Shown piece by piece: positions 11,888 through 23,479 of a stretch of DNA of 64,000 nt. Positions within the stretch are counted from its first letter, which is position 1; each line of letters starts with the position of its first letter. The position numbers and the translations under genes are program-made. This DNA comes from Camelus ferus. Lineage: Eukaryota. The stretch lies in NCBI RefSeq assembly GCF_009834535.1, contig NC_045701.1, positions 32,798,001 to 32,862,000 on the forward strand. Direction: 5' to 3'. The notes below the pieces were generated by a model. That model was given only the letters and a program-made list of their open reading frames with translations. It was not told the origin of the DNA and did no database searches.

Positions 11888-14800
11888 GACTCAGTGGAAA
11901 TCACAACACTGCGAAAGACCCCAATTTTCCTGCTTCCTCCTCAGGGTGAAGGCTTTTGTGTCCCACAGGGACATGGTTGCAAAAATATCAGAAGAGGAAA
12001 CTAATACAATTCTCAGTTGTTTATGAATTGTGATAAGCCCTCTTGAAAATCTTATGAAAGTTAAGGATTTTCTCCCTGTCCGTAAACACACACAGCTTAG
12101 CACTTACTTCAAAGCTGCAAAGAACTTAGTCCTTTCTCTAATACATGTATTGTGTCTTAGGTGTATTATGGTTACAGCTCATGAAATGTGTTTCTGTATC
12201 TGAGAAGTACTAAGCAGAAAGCAGGGCAAAGGGGAAATAGTGTAACAGCTGTGTAAGTGCCTGAGCATTAGGAGATCTGAATTTATTCTTACTTAAATTT
12301 TTCAGCACTTTATTTTGTTTTAAAAACATTAACACAACTTTAAAAGAAGAGAGAGAGAGAAAAGGATAAAGAATAGAGTGCAAAGAAAGGGGAGTGAAAA
12401 TAGGCACCCAGTGATCGGAGTTGAGACATGGGTAGCAGCGCATCGCCAGGGGCTGCGATTTCACTCCATCTTCCTACCAAAAACAACCAAAACTAACCCG
12501 AGGAAAAGGTCTCAAACTCTTCAAAGCTTTGAAGAACTGCCAAAGCAAGAGTGATTACCAGGCCACAACTGAAGGAACAATGGGAGTTCACTCAGACAGC
12601 TACTATTGTTCTGAGGAAATTTACTGAACACACAAAATTTGAACTTCTCTTGATGAGCACGTAAGGTGAGCGGCACGGAAACGACAGACCAAGACCCACA
12701 CGAGCAGCTCTAACCAGACCCTCTGCGCGGTGATCTGGGGACTCGTAGGTCTACAAGCTCACACTGACAACGAAGAGTTAATCGGCTAATCCTTGCATGT
12801 AATTTCATGAAAGATGGAATTACCTGGACTTTCATGAACTCCCCAAGCTTGAACTTCCGTTCATGTGCTTATGAACTGTTTCCCAAGTGCTTGGCAGAAT
12901 CAAATGCAAGTGTAGAGGAAATTCACTTAACTCCAGTATTTAAATTTTCAAGTGTAGTAACAGGCATGTAGTCAAATACATTACTTATGACCTGAACGTA
13001 CCTAGAGAACATTCTTCCATATGGCAAATGTCATTCTGTGTTGTGACTTTAAAGTTTCCATAGCGTTCAAGCTATAAAAAATTTTAAAAGCTTATCCCCA
13101 ATGTAGTGCTGGATTAAGTACTGTTTCTAAGATGTCACTTGTGTAAGGTGTTTAGGCATTACCTTCTCCACTTTTCTCTGTGTGGTTGATGACGACATCA
13201 GACTCCTTTTTCCGTTTTTTTTTAGGACCTTTAGGTACAGGTGTGAAAGTGCCACTTTCTCTGTGTAATTGCTGAATCTCAGTGTTATCATTTTTGTCAT
13301 CCTTTTCAATCAGATAAGCAAAATGGTTAATATTTTTAATTTGCATTGATTAATTGGCGAGCTTTTGCTTTTCCTCAAATATTTATTAGGTTTTTAAAAA
13401 TAACTTGCCTACTAATGTTCTTAGCCTAGATTTCGTTCTTTTGTTTTCTCAGCCTAGTTTCTAGAGTGGGGATAATGTAGACGGTAAAGGCTGCATGATA
13501 TACAATGTGAATGTGTAATATTTTACTAGCTCCCTATTTTGGACATCAACACTGATTCCATTTTGAGATCTTTTATTAAGTAATGGTGTGATGAACATCT
13601 CTGTGAGTAACCCTTTTATACACCCCCCACAAACACACACTTTAGACCTAACGCAGGATAAAGTCCTAGAAATAAAATCACTAGAAGAAAGAGAGAAATA
13701 ATGTAAACACACACAGAAATCGTTCCAAGGAGCCACCCAGGGCAGTCCGGTCTTCATGAAGCTACAGTCTTTATATGGTAATAGTTTTCCTCCTAATCTA
13801 CCTCACACTATGTCAAGTCCTACTGCCAGGTGTAAGGGGGCAGGCTGACCCGTCAGACACCGCCTCGCAAGTCCACACACCCTTGCCCGTAGCGGTGGAT
13901 ATCCTTGGCCACTCTGCCGCTGGTTCTGGCTCACACCCTGGGACAGACTTATCTTTATTTATATTACATGTAGGGGCATGAACCTCAGTCCAGAAACCCA
14001 GGAAATGCCTCGTTTCAAGGGGAAGACAGTTTGCTGTGACCCAGATGTCCTGTATCTATCAAACAGTACCGCCAGTGAGTTGGATGTGACAGAACACAAC
14101 AAATTCACAGTAACTGGACAAACACTGAATTGAGTGAGATGAACATCAAGAAGAGAAGGCTCTAAAAACAATAGCAAATGAATCACATGTGTATGAAAGC
14201 AAAATCCAGCACCCTCAAAAATAAGACGAAAAGAAATTGAAACACTGTAACTGACTATACTTCAATAAGAATTTTTTAAATTAAGAAAATACTGTATAAA
14301 GGAAATAAAAGCTTATGCTTCCCACAAGACAGCCCATAAGGCCTTCTGCTGAGTCTTCCCCGGAGCTCACAGCCCCCGCAGAGGCACATTTGAGAGAAGA
14401 GTTGGATGAGGGTCCAGGGGAACGTAGAAGAAATTTCTCATCACTGTAAGTTTCCCAATGACGGGGACAGAGCCTGTTATGTGCTGGCACAAAGAGAGGG
14501 ATCAACCCTTGACTACTGATGGATGGCGAAGTGGTGCTTTCCTGCCCAGCAGCCCTGGGTCCCTTTGGCTCACAAGGCTGCCATATCCCAGGCCGCCAGC
14601 AGGGGGAGGCAGGGGTCTGAGTCCAGGACAGGCTGAAGGCCTGAGGCTGCTGGGAGTCTCCACAGGCCTTGGTGCTGCCTAAGCCCCTGGGGCGTGCTGG
14701 GCTGGACCGAGGGCCTGAGCTGGCCTGCCCAGGTGGGAGGTGGGTTCTGGCTTCTCTGATAAGCACCAGGTGGGCTGGCAGCTCAGCTAAGGCAGGGACA

Positions 14801-15208
14801 AGCAGTGGAGGAGAACTCACACGGGCAATGGGACCTCTGCTGGGGAGAAGGCAGGGAGGCTGTCTCAAGGCAGGGTGAGCAGGCAGGGAAAGGAGCTGGT
14901 GGCCAGGGCCCTCAAATGGAAAACAGGGGCTGGTGTGGGCCGGTCAGTCAGGGAGCAAGGCTGACTGAGCTCAGTGCCGGGAGCAGAGCAGGACATGGGA
15001 CCAGGGGAGGCTGAGGGCCATTGTGGGAGCATCCCAGCCTCCTAAGCTATGGCCAGTGCTGGTTACAGGGGAAGCCTGCCCTCACCGGAGAGAGGCCCTG
15101 GAAACAGGAAACTGAGTGTCCCTGGTATGGCCCCTGACCTCCTGGGTTCCTGGATTCACCCTCCTTCCGCTGACCTGCTCTTTACTCTGCCGATTGCCGA
15201 GGGGTTGA

Positions 15209-15823
15209 TGACAGATGTGGCTTAGAGAAGCTAAGAGGTTCCCGAGGCCCAGAGAGGACCACTCTGGGGGAGAGAAGGCTGTCCTTTTCTAATGGACAGT
15301 CCTTTAGACTCAGCCCTTGCAGAAGGATAAGCACCAAAGACGTGTAACTGGGAAATCAACTGTAACCCAGAAGGATCCCATGGGGCCTTCCCGGGGGTGG
15401 GGGGTGGGGGCAGACCCCTCCCCCATAGGCTCTGCTGGAGCTCCTCTCTGAAGTACCCAGATAATAGTATCTCCTGCATATTTCCTGAGTTTTTCAGATG
15501 CTCAAAACCACCACCAGATTGAAGAAATTAACCACTTGATGATCAAGCGTAAGTAGCACACAGACCTGGCATCTAAGGATCAACCACCATCAACTAATCA
15601 GAGGACTGTGCACAGCTGAGCACACACCCTGGGCCGCCCCACCCTCAGCGAGCCTTTAAAAAGGCTCAGCTGAAAGCCTTTGGGGAGTTTGGGATTTGAG
15701 GAACATGAGCCACGGGTTCTCTTGGCTCGGCCCTGCAACAAACCTTTCTCCGCTCCAAACTCCAACGTTTTAGTTTGTTTGGACTCACGGTGCGTCGGGC
15801 ACAGGAGCTTGCATTCAGTAACA
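15209..15823 (+). mobile_element. ERV1-like solo LTR downstream of GZMH (5' end approximate)
   Basis: Ends ..tcagtaaca. Contains cctttaaaaa and ccctgcaacaaacctttctccgctccaaactcc, shared with the 1805-2486 element. Confidence 0.6.
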
Positions 15824-15995
15824 CAATGAGACTCTAGACAGACAGCATGGGATTTAGGGCGGAGCGAGGCCTGGGGAGAAAGGCAGAAGCAGAACCCCGA
15901 GCTGGCAGCAGAGGGCTGCCTGGGGCAGGGCTGTTGCATATCAGAAGTGGTCGCTGAATAAACAGGAATTCAGTCATCTTTGCTCTAGAGATCCC

Positions 15996-16001
15996 TTTAT
16001 T
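15996..16001 (-). terminator. GZMH polyadenylation signal
   Basis: AATAAA on the minus strand ~95 nt after the stop. Confidence 0.65.
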
Positions 16002-16096
16002 ATGGCCCTGCGATCCCACTGCCAACCCCTATGGGATTCTTGCCGCTGCCCCAGGAAGATGGCCAGCCCACAAAAAGGTGAGTCTCCAGCTTGCTG

Positions 16097-19038
16097 TTAG
16101 AGGCGCTTCATTGTTCTCTTTATCCAGGGCAGGAAGTGGGAGACCTTGGTGAAGACTCCTGGAGGTGTCCCGTTCTGTTTCCCACAGGAGAAAATGCCCT
16201 GGACCAGGTTTTTGCACACGAGGGGCCCTCCGGAGTCGCCCTGTGGGCAGAGAGAGGAAGGACTGAGGGTCCTCAGCGGGGCCCGCCCTCCCTGGAGCCT
16301 GGGGCTGGGTGCTGTCTGTCAGGGACCAGGGCAGGGTCCCAGGGCTCCCGTCTGGCTCTAACTGGTCTTTACTGAGACCCAGGCCAACCTTTCTTCTCAG
16401 TCCTCATGGAAACTCTGCTGATAACACAGCTGCCACATGACTGATCCTTCCGCCCCCTCCACCCTGACCCACTCAGGAAAAATGTCTAAAGTGTGGACTC
16501 ATGGACCAGGCTGCCCAAGCCCTCGGGCTGAGGAATGAAGATGGCCTCTCCCCAGCCCCAGACCTTCCCTGAGTTCTGCTCCCCGGGGCCTGTGTGCCTA
16601 GATGCTGGAAACCTGACCTTGAAGCTGGTCTTCACCGTGCTCGGGTCCCCCACACAAATCTGGGTGGCGCGGCTGTAATAGCCTGGGAAGAGGGATTCGC
16701 ACACACGATCTTCCTGCACCGTCAGCACTGCCTCCTGCAGAGTGGTGGCTGGAACGCCCACCGCCACCTGCCCCCAGCCGGCCACACCGCACGCCTGTCC
16801 TGGCTTCACCCGGGCCCGGTCCCCGGGCAGCCTGAGGGGCCTCACAGCTGCCGTCTGCTTGGCCTTTCTCTGCAGCTGATGGGGAGAGACAGGGTCCAGC
16901 TCAGCCAGTGGCCTCCGGGCCGGGACACTGCAGTGAGACCGCAGAGCCCTCGCTCTCACCTGAGCCCCGGGGACAGGTCGGGCGGCCAGGACGGGAGGGA
17001 GGAAAGGGACTGGTTGCAGTGGGAGGGGAGACAGTGTGTCTCCAGGAGGGCAGAGAAGCGGGGAGGTTCCTTACCTGCAGTAACATGATGTCACTGGAGT
17101 GGTCCTTAGGATTATAGTCTGGGTGGGGGATGGCTCTTCTCACTGGGACCACCTGCTGGGTCCCCTCCTGCTTCTTGATGTTGTGGGCCCCCAGGGTGAC
17201 ATTGATTGAGCTGCACAGAGAGCAGAGAGCGTGTGGGGAGTGTGGTGTCACAGGAGGGCCAGCCCCAGAGCCGTGCGGGGTTGGTGACACGGGGGCAGAG
17301 CAGGGCTGCAGCTGAGGGGAAATTGAGGCCACAGAAGGTCCTGGGGCGGAGTGACGCCCTGCCGTGTGCTTCTCAATGACATGAAGGCAGGGACATGATG
17401 GAGCTTTCTCAGCAGTATCGTGAAATTTCTCTGAGTTTGCACTTTGACTTCAATGCGTGCTTTCTTCCTCACTGATGCTGCTTTTGGCCGGTCGGGTCCC
17501 CGCCTTCTCACCTATGCGTGTTGCTCTCACCTCTGATCCCCGGACCTCGAAACTTACTGCCCTGTTTCTCAGCTTCTCATCACCTTAGTCCTGCCGTCAG
17601 ATGGTCGTCTGATGAGCTCTCTCGGTCTTGTGTTATGAGAAGCTGCGGGCCCTCCCTGGGCTCGGCCCCCCGGCAGAGGATGGGGTCCCTGCGGGGGTGT
17701 CAGCAGGGGAAGGCTGGCTGCTGCCCCTCACCTTCCCCTGCAGTGAGCAGCCGTCAGAACAAAGTCCTTCTGCACGAGGACACCGCCACACCGCCTCATC
17801 CTCTCCTGATCCAGAAACTGAACGAACGCCATGTAGGGGCGGGAGTGGGGCTTGGCCTCGTGGCCCCCGATGATCTCCCCTGAAAGAGAGGGCTGGGAGA
17901 CAGGGTGACGGGGGCGGCTGTGGTCAGGAGCGAAAATCAGGAAGGTGGCGTTTGAGGTGTGTCCACAGAGCCCTGCAGACCCCAGGGGAGAGTCCTCCAG
18001 GTTCTCTTTGCAACAGAGTAACATTTTCTAACCTCAAGCCTCAGACTCCCCCTCGGAGAAAGGGGGTCAGCTTGTCCTTCACGTCCTGCTTCAGACACGT
18101 TCGTGGCGGAGGCAAGGTCTGCCTTCAACGTGGTGGAGCCCCGGAGAATGGTGGACAGGACTCCCTGATGAGCCTTCGCTCCCTGCGGGTCTCCCTGACT
18201 ACTCTGAGCCTCTGTTAGCAGATTGATAGGTGTCCTTTTCTAATAATCTTCCTACGAGCTTACGGAGTGGGATTCTCTGAAATCCTCGTGTCCTAGGGCC
18301 TAACACACCCTAGGGTTGCAGTGAACACTCCGGCTGCATGAGTGATAGCCTCCAGTTGGCTTTTGGCTGAAGTTTGGCAGGGACGGCGCTGGTGGATTCA
18401 AGGGCACAGGGGTGGGGAGGGCACTGCCAAAGGCACTGGGGCCACTGAGGGCCTGGGAGGCAGGGGAGGTGGGACTGGAAGTGGGCTGTGTGGGGCCGGG
18501 GCAGAGCTTAGCACCCGGAGAGCTTTGGGTGCTGCCATCCTGCCACTTCTGATCCATCGCACCCTGGGCTCCTGTCCTGGGCAGGACCGAGGGGTGGGGG
18601 GCCCTGAGAGACTTCACCGGTCCTTGAGCTGGGTCCACTGACCACTCCCAGCCTGCAGTGACTTCGGCTGAGCTGCCCTTTCCCGGGTTGGAGTGAGGGG
18701 TTTTACTTACTTGGTTTTTGTAGCTTCACATCCTCTGCCAAATGCACAACCCACTTTCCCGGTGTGAGAGAGAGAGAGAGAGGGGCTGTGCCCTGCTAAA
18801 GCTTCCAGTGAGCACCCTTCCTTCCTGCCATCCGCCCATGTGAATGTCTGGGCGGCATCGAACTTGTTTGTCTGGGTTTGGGCCTGGAGCTGGGGTTCAG
18901 AAATTGGAGCTGGGCAGGAGGGTCAGGAGAACAGGGGGCTTAGTGAGATGGACCCAGGCCCGAGGAATGGGGATTGTCACTCACCTGTCCCCGCCCGGCG
19001 GGCAGAAGAACGGCCATCACGAGCAGGAGTGGCTGCAT
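16097..19038 (-). CDS. GZMH: Granzyme H, copy A; exons 2-5 intact, exon 1 is 54 nt instead of 55 (frameshift as written)
   Basis: Exons 19038-18985, 17879-17732, 17210-17075, 16875-16618, 16240-16097. [37 protein letters not shown]|[20 protein letters not shown]1 residues T189/G216/G226, as in granzyme H. Confidence 0.85.
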
Positions 19039-19211
19039 CTTCCCTGAAAGTCTGCGCAGGTTGAGCTGCTGGTCTTCCTTCCTTCCAGACACAAAGCCCA
19101 GGGGACCGGAGGAGGGGAGGCTCAGCCCGGCACAGACTCCTGGGCCGGATGTCAGCCAGCAACGTGAGGGTCCCTGGTCCCTGCCTTGGGCTGGGTGAGA
19201 AGGGCGCTGTC

Positions 19212-19241
19212 ACCACACTTGCCCTCCCACTGCTGAGTCAC
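19212..19241 (-). promoter_or_regulatory. GZMH proximal promoter: RUNX site (ACCACA, 19212-19217) and AP-1/MARE site (TGCTGAGTCAC, 19231-19241)
   Basis: Consensus motifs ~180-200 nt upstream of the ATG. Confidence 0.5.
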
Positions 19242-20003
19242 AAGGTGAAAACAAGAAGCAAGCACAAGAGAGTGAAGTCTGAGGTGCGGCCAGCAGAGGG
19301 GCTGGACCCCCAGAGTCGGCTCCATCATGAATCAAGAGTGTCCCCATGTCCCCACTCTTGGTTCTTTTCCATTCAGATGAAATCAGACCCGGATGCCGTT
19401 CATCCTAATAGTTACTCTGCACTGAGTGTTCTCTGTCCAGTGTCCAGAGACCCGTGTCTCTGATGCCCTTGTCCGTGGCGATCCTGACCTCTTGCGTGCT
19501 TCCCCACACTCTCACCCCCGTGGGGCCAGAAGAGAAAGGGAAAGGAAGGCACGAGGAGTTCTAAATAGCCCAATTCCAATGCCGACAGAACAGCCGCTTA
19601 CGAGTCAGTAGACAAAGAGTGGAAGGAAAGACACTTAAGCATTCGTGATGATGACTTCGGGGTGGTAGAATTCCCAGTAATTTTTATTTTCTTATTTATA
19701 TGTTCTGTATTTAAGTGTCTTTCTGTGATGAGCATGTGTTACTTCTATACCCAAAATGCGTTTTCCCTTAGTGAGACTCACTGACCAATGCAAACATTCA
19801 GTAAGCCTCTCCTCCTCAGCCGAGCCTTCTCTCAGGTGCATGGTTTTTGAAAAAGTTCACTTTCCTGAACAATCTTATATAAAAAATTAAGAGATGTTGA
19901 AAAGTAGAAGAAAAAGTTTGCTCAGTATGCTGTAGGCTGTTAGACACCTTTGAAACATTAGGAAACCCCTGAGACCAATACTTTTCATTACAATGAGTTT
20001 CCT

Positions 20004-20152
20004 NNNNNNNNNNNNNNNNNNNNNNNNNNNNNNNNNNNNNNNNNNNNNNNNNNNNNNNNNNNNNNNNNNNNNNNNNNNNNNNNNNNNNNNNNNNNNNNNN
20101 NNNNNNNNNNNNNNNNNNNNNNNNNNNNNNNNNNNNNNNNNNNNNNNNNNNN
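20004..20152. other. Assembly gap (149 N)
   Basis: N run with the same length and flanks as the gap at 41154-41302. Confidence 0.99.
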
Positions 20153-20934
20153 GAGGCTGGCTCAGACCAAGATGGGAGAGCGCCCTGCAGCTCAACTGGG
20201 GCTGCAGGAGGCTGAGCTGTCCGGACACCCGAGGCTGCACTGGGCCCTGGGCCCAAGACTCCAAGCCGGAGCTGGGCCAGGCCCCGGGGCTGGGCCTGGG
20301 AACTCTGAGGCGCTCCTGAAACGTTCTCAGGCTTCTGAGCTCTGGCTACTCTGATGTGGGAGGAAGTTCTGCAGGGGTGAGCTACACTCTTTCAAAGCCT
20401 CCCCTCTTCCATTTCTGTTCGGGTGGAGAAGTCCCCCCACCCCCACCCCAGCGCGTCTCAGGGGATCCTCCTTTGAAATCTGGATCCTCTTACGTTGCCA
20501 TGTGGCCCTGGAATGTTGGGGTGCGGTGGGGGTGGGGACGAGGGAGGAGGCGGGAGCGTCCTCTAGATGAGGGTCAGTTTTCCTGAGGAGATGTCTCCGT
20601 GTTCTGATGGACTCACAGGCAGCCTGGCCGGGAAGCTGACACTGGGGACGTGTGATCGGAGGGCGCTGGCTGTCACTGCAACAGGATTTTTATTCCAGAG
20701 TTGGAAGGAGGGGTCTGCTGGAGGGGGAAGCCAGGGACAGGCCGGAAAATTGAACAGAGGGTTGCCAGACACTCTTGTTACCTAACGAATCTGTGTGGAT
20801 GAATAAAGGAGGAATCAATGACTTCTGAAGATGACAGTTTATTACATCCCTGGCAGCCTCCCCTCCATCCCCTTGGCCCAATGCCGTTCTGGCCTCTGCC
20901 CCAGAGAAGATGGACAGATCCATCCCGGGGCACC

Positions 20935-22872
20935 TCAGTCTGGTCCCTGAAGTTCACAGATTCTCATTGTGTTTTGTATCCAGTACAGAAAGCTCGAGAT
21001 TCTGGTATAGACACTTGGAGGTGTACCATCCTTGGTTCCAAAGGAGACAATGCCCTGGGCCACACTGTTACACAGTAAGGGGCCTCCAGAGTCTCCCTGT
21101 GGACAGAGAGGGGAAGGAGTGAGCTGGGTCATCTTGTGGTCTGACCCTCCCTGCCGCCCAGGGGGTGGGTGGTCTCTGTTAGGGGGCCGTGGCTGATATG
21201 AAGGTTTTGGCTCCTGAGGTTTCAGCCCAGCCTTGTTCATCCCCCGTTCTCCTCCCCTAGGAAGTCTCTGCCCATATGTGTGGGACAATCTCCCATCCCC
21301 CAGGGAGACAGGACCAGAGACTGGATAGGAGGAAATGTTGCAGACGTGGAGATACGGCTAGTTCCCACTGCCAGGGATGTGCCCAGGGCTTTGCCTGGAT
21401 AACGCTGGGGATCTCACCTCAAAACAATTCTCCCTGTTTCTTCGGTTCCCTGCACATATCTGGGTGGTGGCATCGTAATGTTTGTAGTGATGGATGCATT
21501 GCTGGTCTGTTTGGACTTCAAGCTCTGCCTCCTGCAGTTTTTGCTGCTGCAGGTTTGTTCACGCCAAGAAGCCCCCATCCGGCCACACTGCACACCATCC
21601 CTGGCTTCACCGGCTCCTTCCCCTGGGGCAGCCGGATGGGGCTCACAGCGGTGGTCAGGTTGGCCTTCCTCGTCAGCTGAAGGCAGAGGAAAGGCATTCT
21701 AACCTACCCATGGCCCACAAAGACTGCAGGGACAGTCGTAGGGTTGCTTTCTTCACAGCTCTGGGATAATTGAAGGGGTCGTACCGGAAGGAGGGACAGG
21801 AGTGAGGTGATGGGGGATGCAAAGCCCTGGGGTTAAAGTGTGTGAGAACCGGTGCAGCCGCGCGCCCCGCCTGCAGTAACGTGACGTCGTTGGCCGTGTT
21901 TTCATCATCATCATCTGGGTGGGGGATGGCTCTTCTCACCCGGATGACCTGCTGGGTCCCCTCCTGCTCGAGGATGTTGTGGGCCCCCAGGGTGATGCTG
22001 ATTGAGCTGCACAGAGAGAGAGAGAGAGGGAGGTGGAGTCACAGGCTCGGGACAGGGCAGGACTGGAGCGGAGAGAATTCTAGGCAGTGGGGCCCTGGGG
22101 CAGAGCATCTCGGTTCTGTCCGCTTGCGGGCAGCCCGGGCTGGGCGGCAGTTCCTGGAGGGCACTTGGGATGCTGAGTTCTCACAGAGCCCGCCTGCCTG
22201 TAAGCCAGTCCGTGCATCTGTCTCACATTTGCACTCTGGGCTCCAGGGCTTAACCTTGGCTTCCTTCCATCCCAGCTTTGGGCAGTTCCTTTCTCCGCAG
22301 GCCACTCGCATTGATCTGTCCCTCTCTCCTCAAAGCCTAGCTGTCCTCCGAAGAGCTCGTCAGTGTTACTAGGTGGCCCAGGCCTGCGGCCCCTGAGAAG
22401 AGGGCTCCCTGTGAGGCGCTGACAGAGGGGCGGGGGCCCAGGCGCTGCTCCTCACCTGCCCCAGCAGTGAGCTGCTGTCAGCACGAAGTCCTCACGCACC
22501 AGAAAACCGCCACAGAGTATAATGTTCCCTGAAGTCTGGATCTGAAGAAATGCCATGTAGGGACGAGAATGCGGCTCGGCCTCATAGCCCCTGATGATTT
22601 TCCCTAAAAGAAACATCCCAGCCTGCCTGTGTGCTCGTGGAGCATTCGGCTGGAGCAGGCAGATGGGGTCAGATTTGCTGGTCTCTGAGGGAGTTGGGCA
22701 CAGTCCAGAAAGCTTCAGCAGGTAGACCATCCAGGATGCGTATGAGCGTAGTGTCTCAGCAGGTGTGTGCCAGTGTGGGATGGGCCTGGGCCTCTGCGGG
22801 TGGGGACAGTCACTCACCTGCGTCCCCGGTGGCGGACAGAGGATGGGCTGCCAGGAGCAGAAGCAGGAGCAG
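20935..22872 (-). pseudogene. Duodenase-like (granzyme/cathepsin G family) serine protease gene, copy A; probably decayed
   Basis: Exons 22872-22818, 22603-22456, 22006-21871, 21676-21418, 21096-20935. [44 protein letters not shown] resemble ruminant duodenase. Lesions: CTG at the start position, GC(GGGG) donor for intron 3, +1 frameshift in a T5 run at 21538-21542. Confidence 0.75.
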
Positions 22873-23479
22873 CTCTCCACAAAGGCTGCCCAGTTCTTCC
22901 TTCCAGTGTTTTAATCTTAAGTGTCTCCTCCGATGTTGTGGCCTCCATCCTACAAGGCTTCTCCGAAATCCTCACACTGCTTTTTGATCAAGTCCCTGGG
23001 TCTGAGTGGAGTATGAACTTGTCAGAGCACCAGTAGCTCTTGGCTTGGTGCCAGCTGCAGCAGCAGAAAACAGGAAATGAAGCTACAAGTAAAGGGTGGT
23101 TGGAGATGTTGTATCCGCCAACAGCTGGTCCCCCACCCTAGCAACCTGGGTCTTATGATAATAGATCAAAGAACGTCGTCATTTCTGTAGTTTACTATAG
23201 ATCACCAGGGTAATTCTTTATTGAGGCCCCTTTTGTGGAGACTGTGGGGGACACTGGAGATGAGAATCCTCGCTTCTAGGGGAGGAGACAAAACCATCAG
23301 TGATCAGACGAGGGTGGTGAAGGCCACGGTTAGAGGGATGGACAGAATGGTGTGGAGTAATGTTTTAATTACTAAAGAACTGAGTGGTTTGAAAGAACGA
23401 CATTGCTTTTACCCAGGAGTCTGCATTTTGGTCAGGGTGCAGCGTGGATGTCTCCCCTGTGCTACCCTTGCTGTCAAGG

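Larger units (their letters stand above)
7145..13691 (-). repeat. Right arm of the inverted repeat
   Basis: Reverse complement of 1-6554, with scattered substitutions and ~7 nt net indel. Confidence 0.97.

Noticed and set aside
14281-14868. 195-aa ORF (repeated at 35430-36017)
   Set aside because: No recognisable motif, low-information Pro/Ser/Gly composition typical of GC-rich non-coding DNA; its recurrence reflects only the block duplication
18977-19216. Upstream ORF in frame with the 3' end of GZMH exon 1 as an alternative N-terminus
   Set aside because: It starts at GTG in promoter DNA, has no ATG in that frame and lacks a hydrophobic signal peptide
19816-20319. ORFs spanning 20004-20152 (and 41154-41302)
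   Set aside because: They are open only because N codons are untranslated
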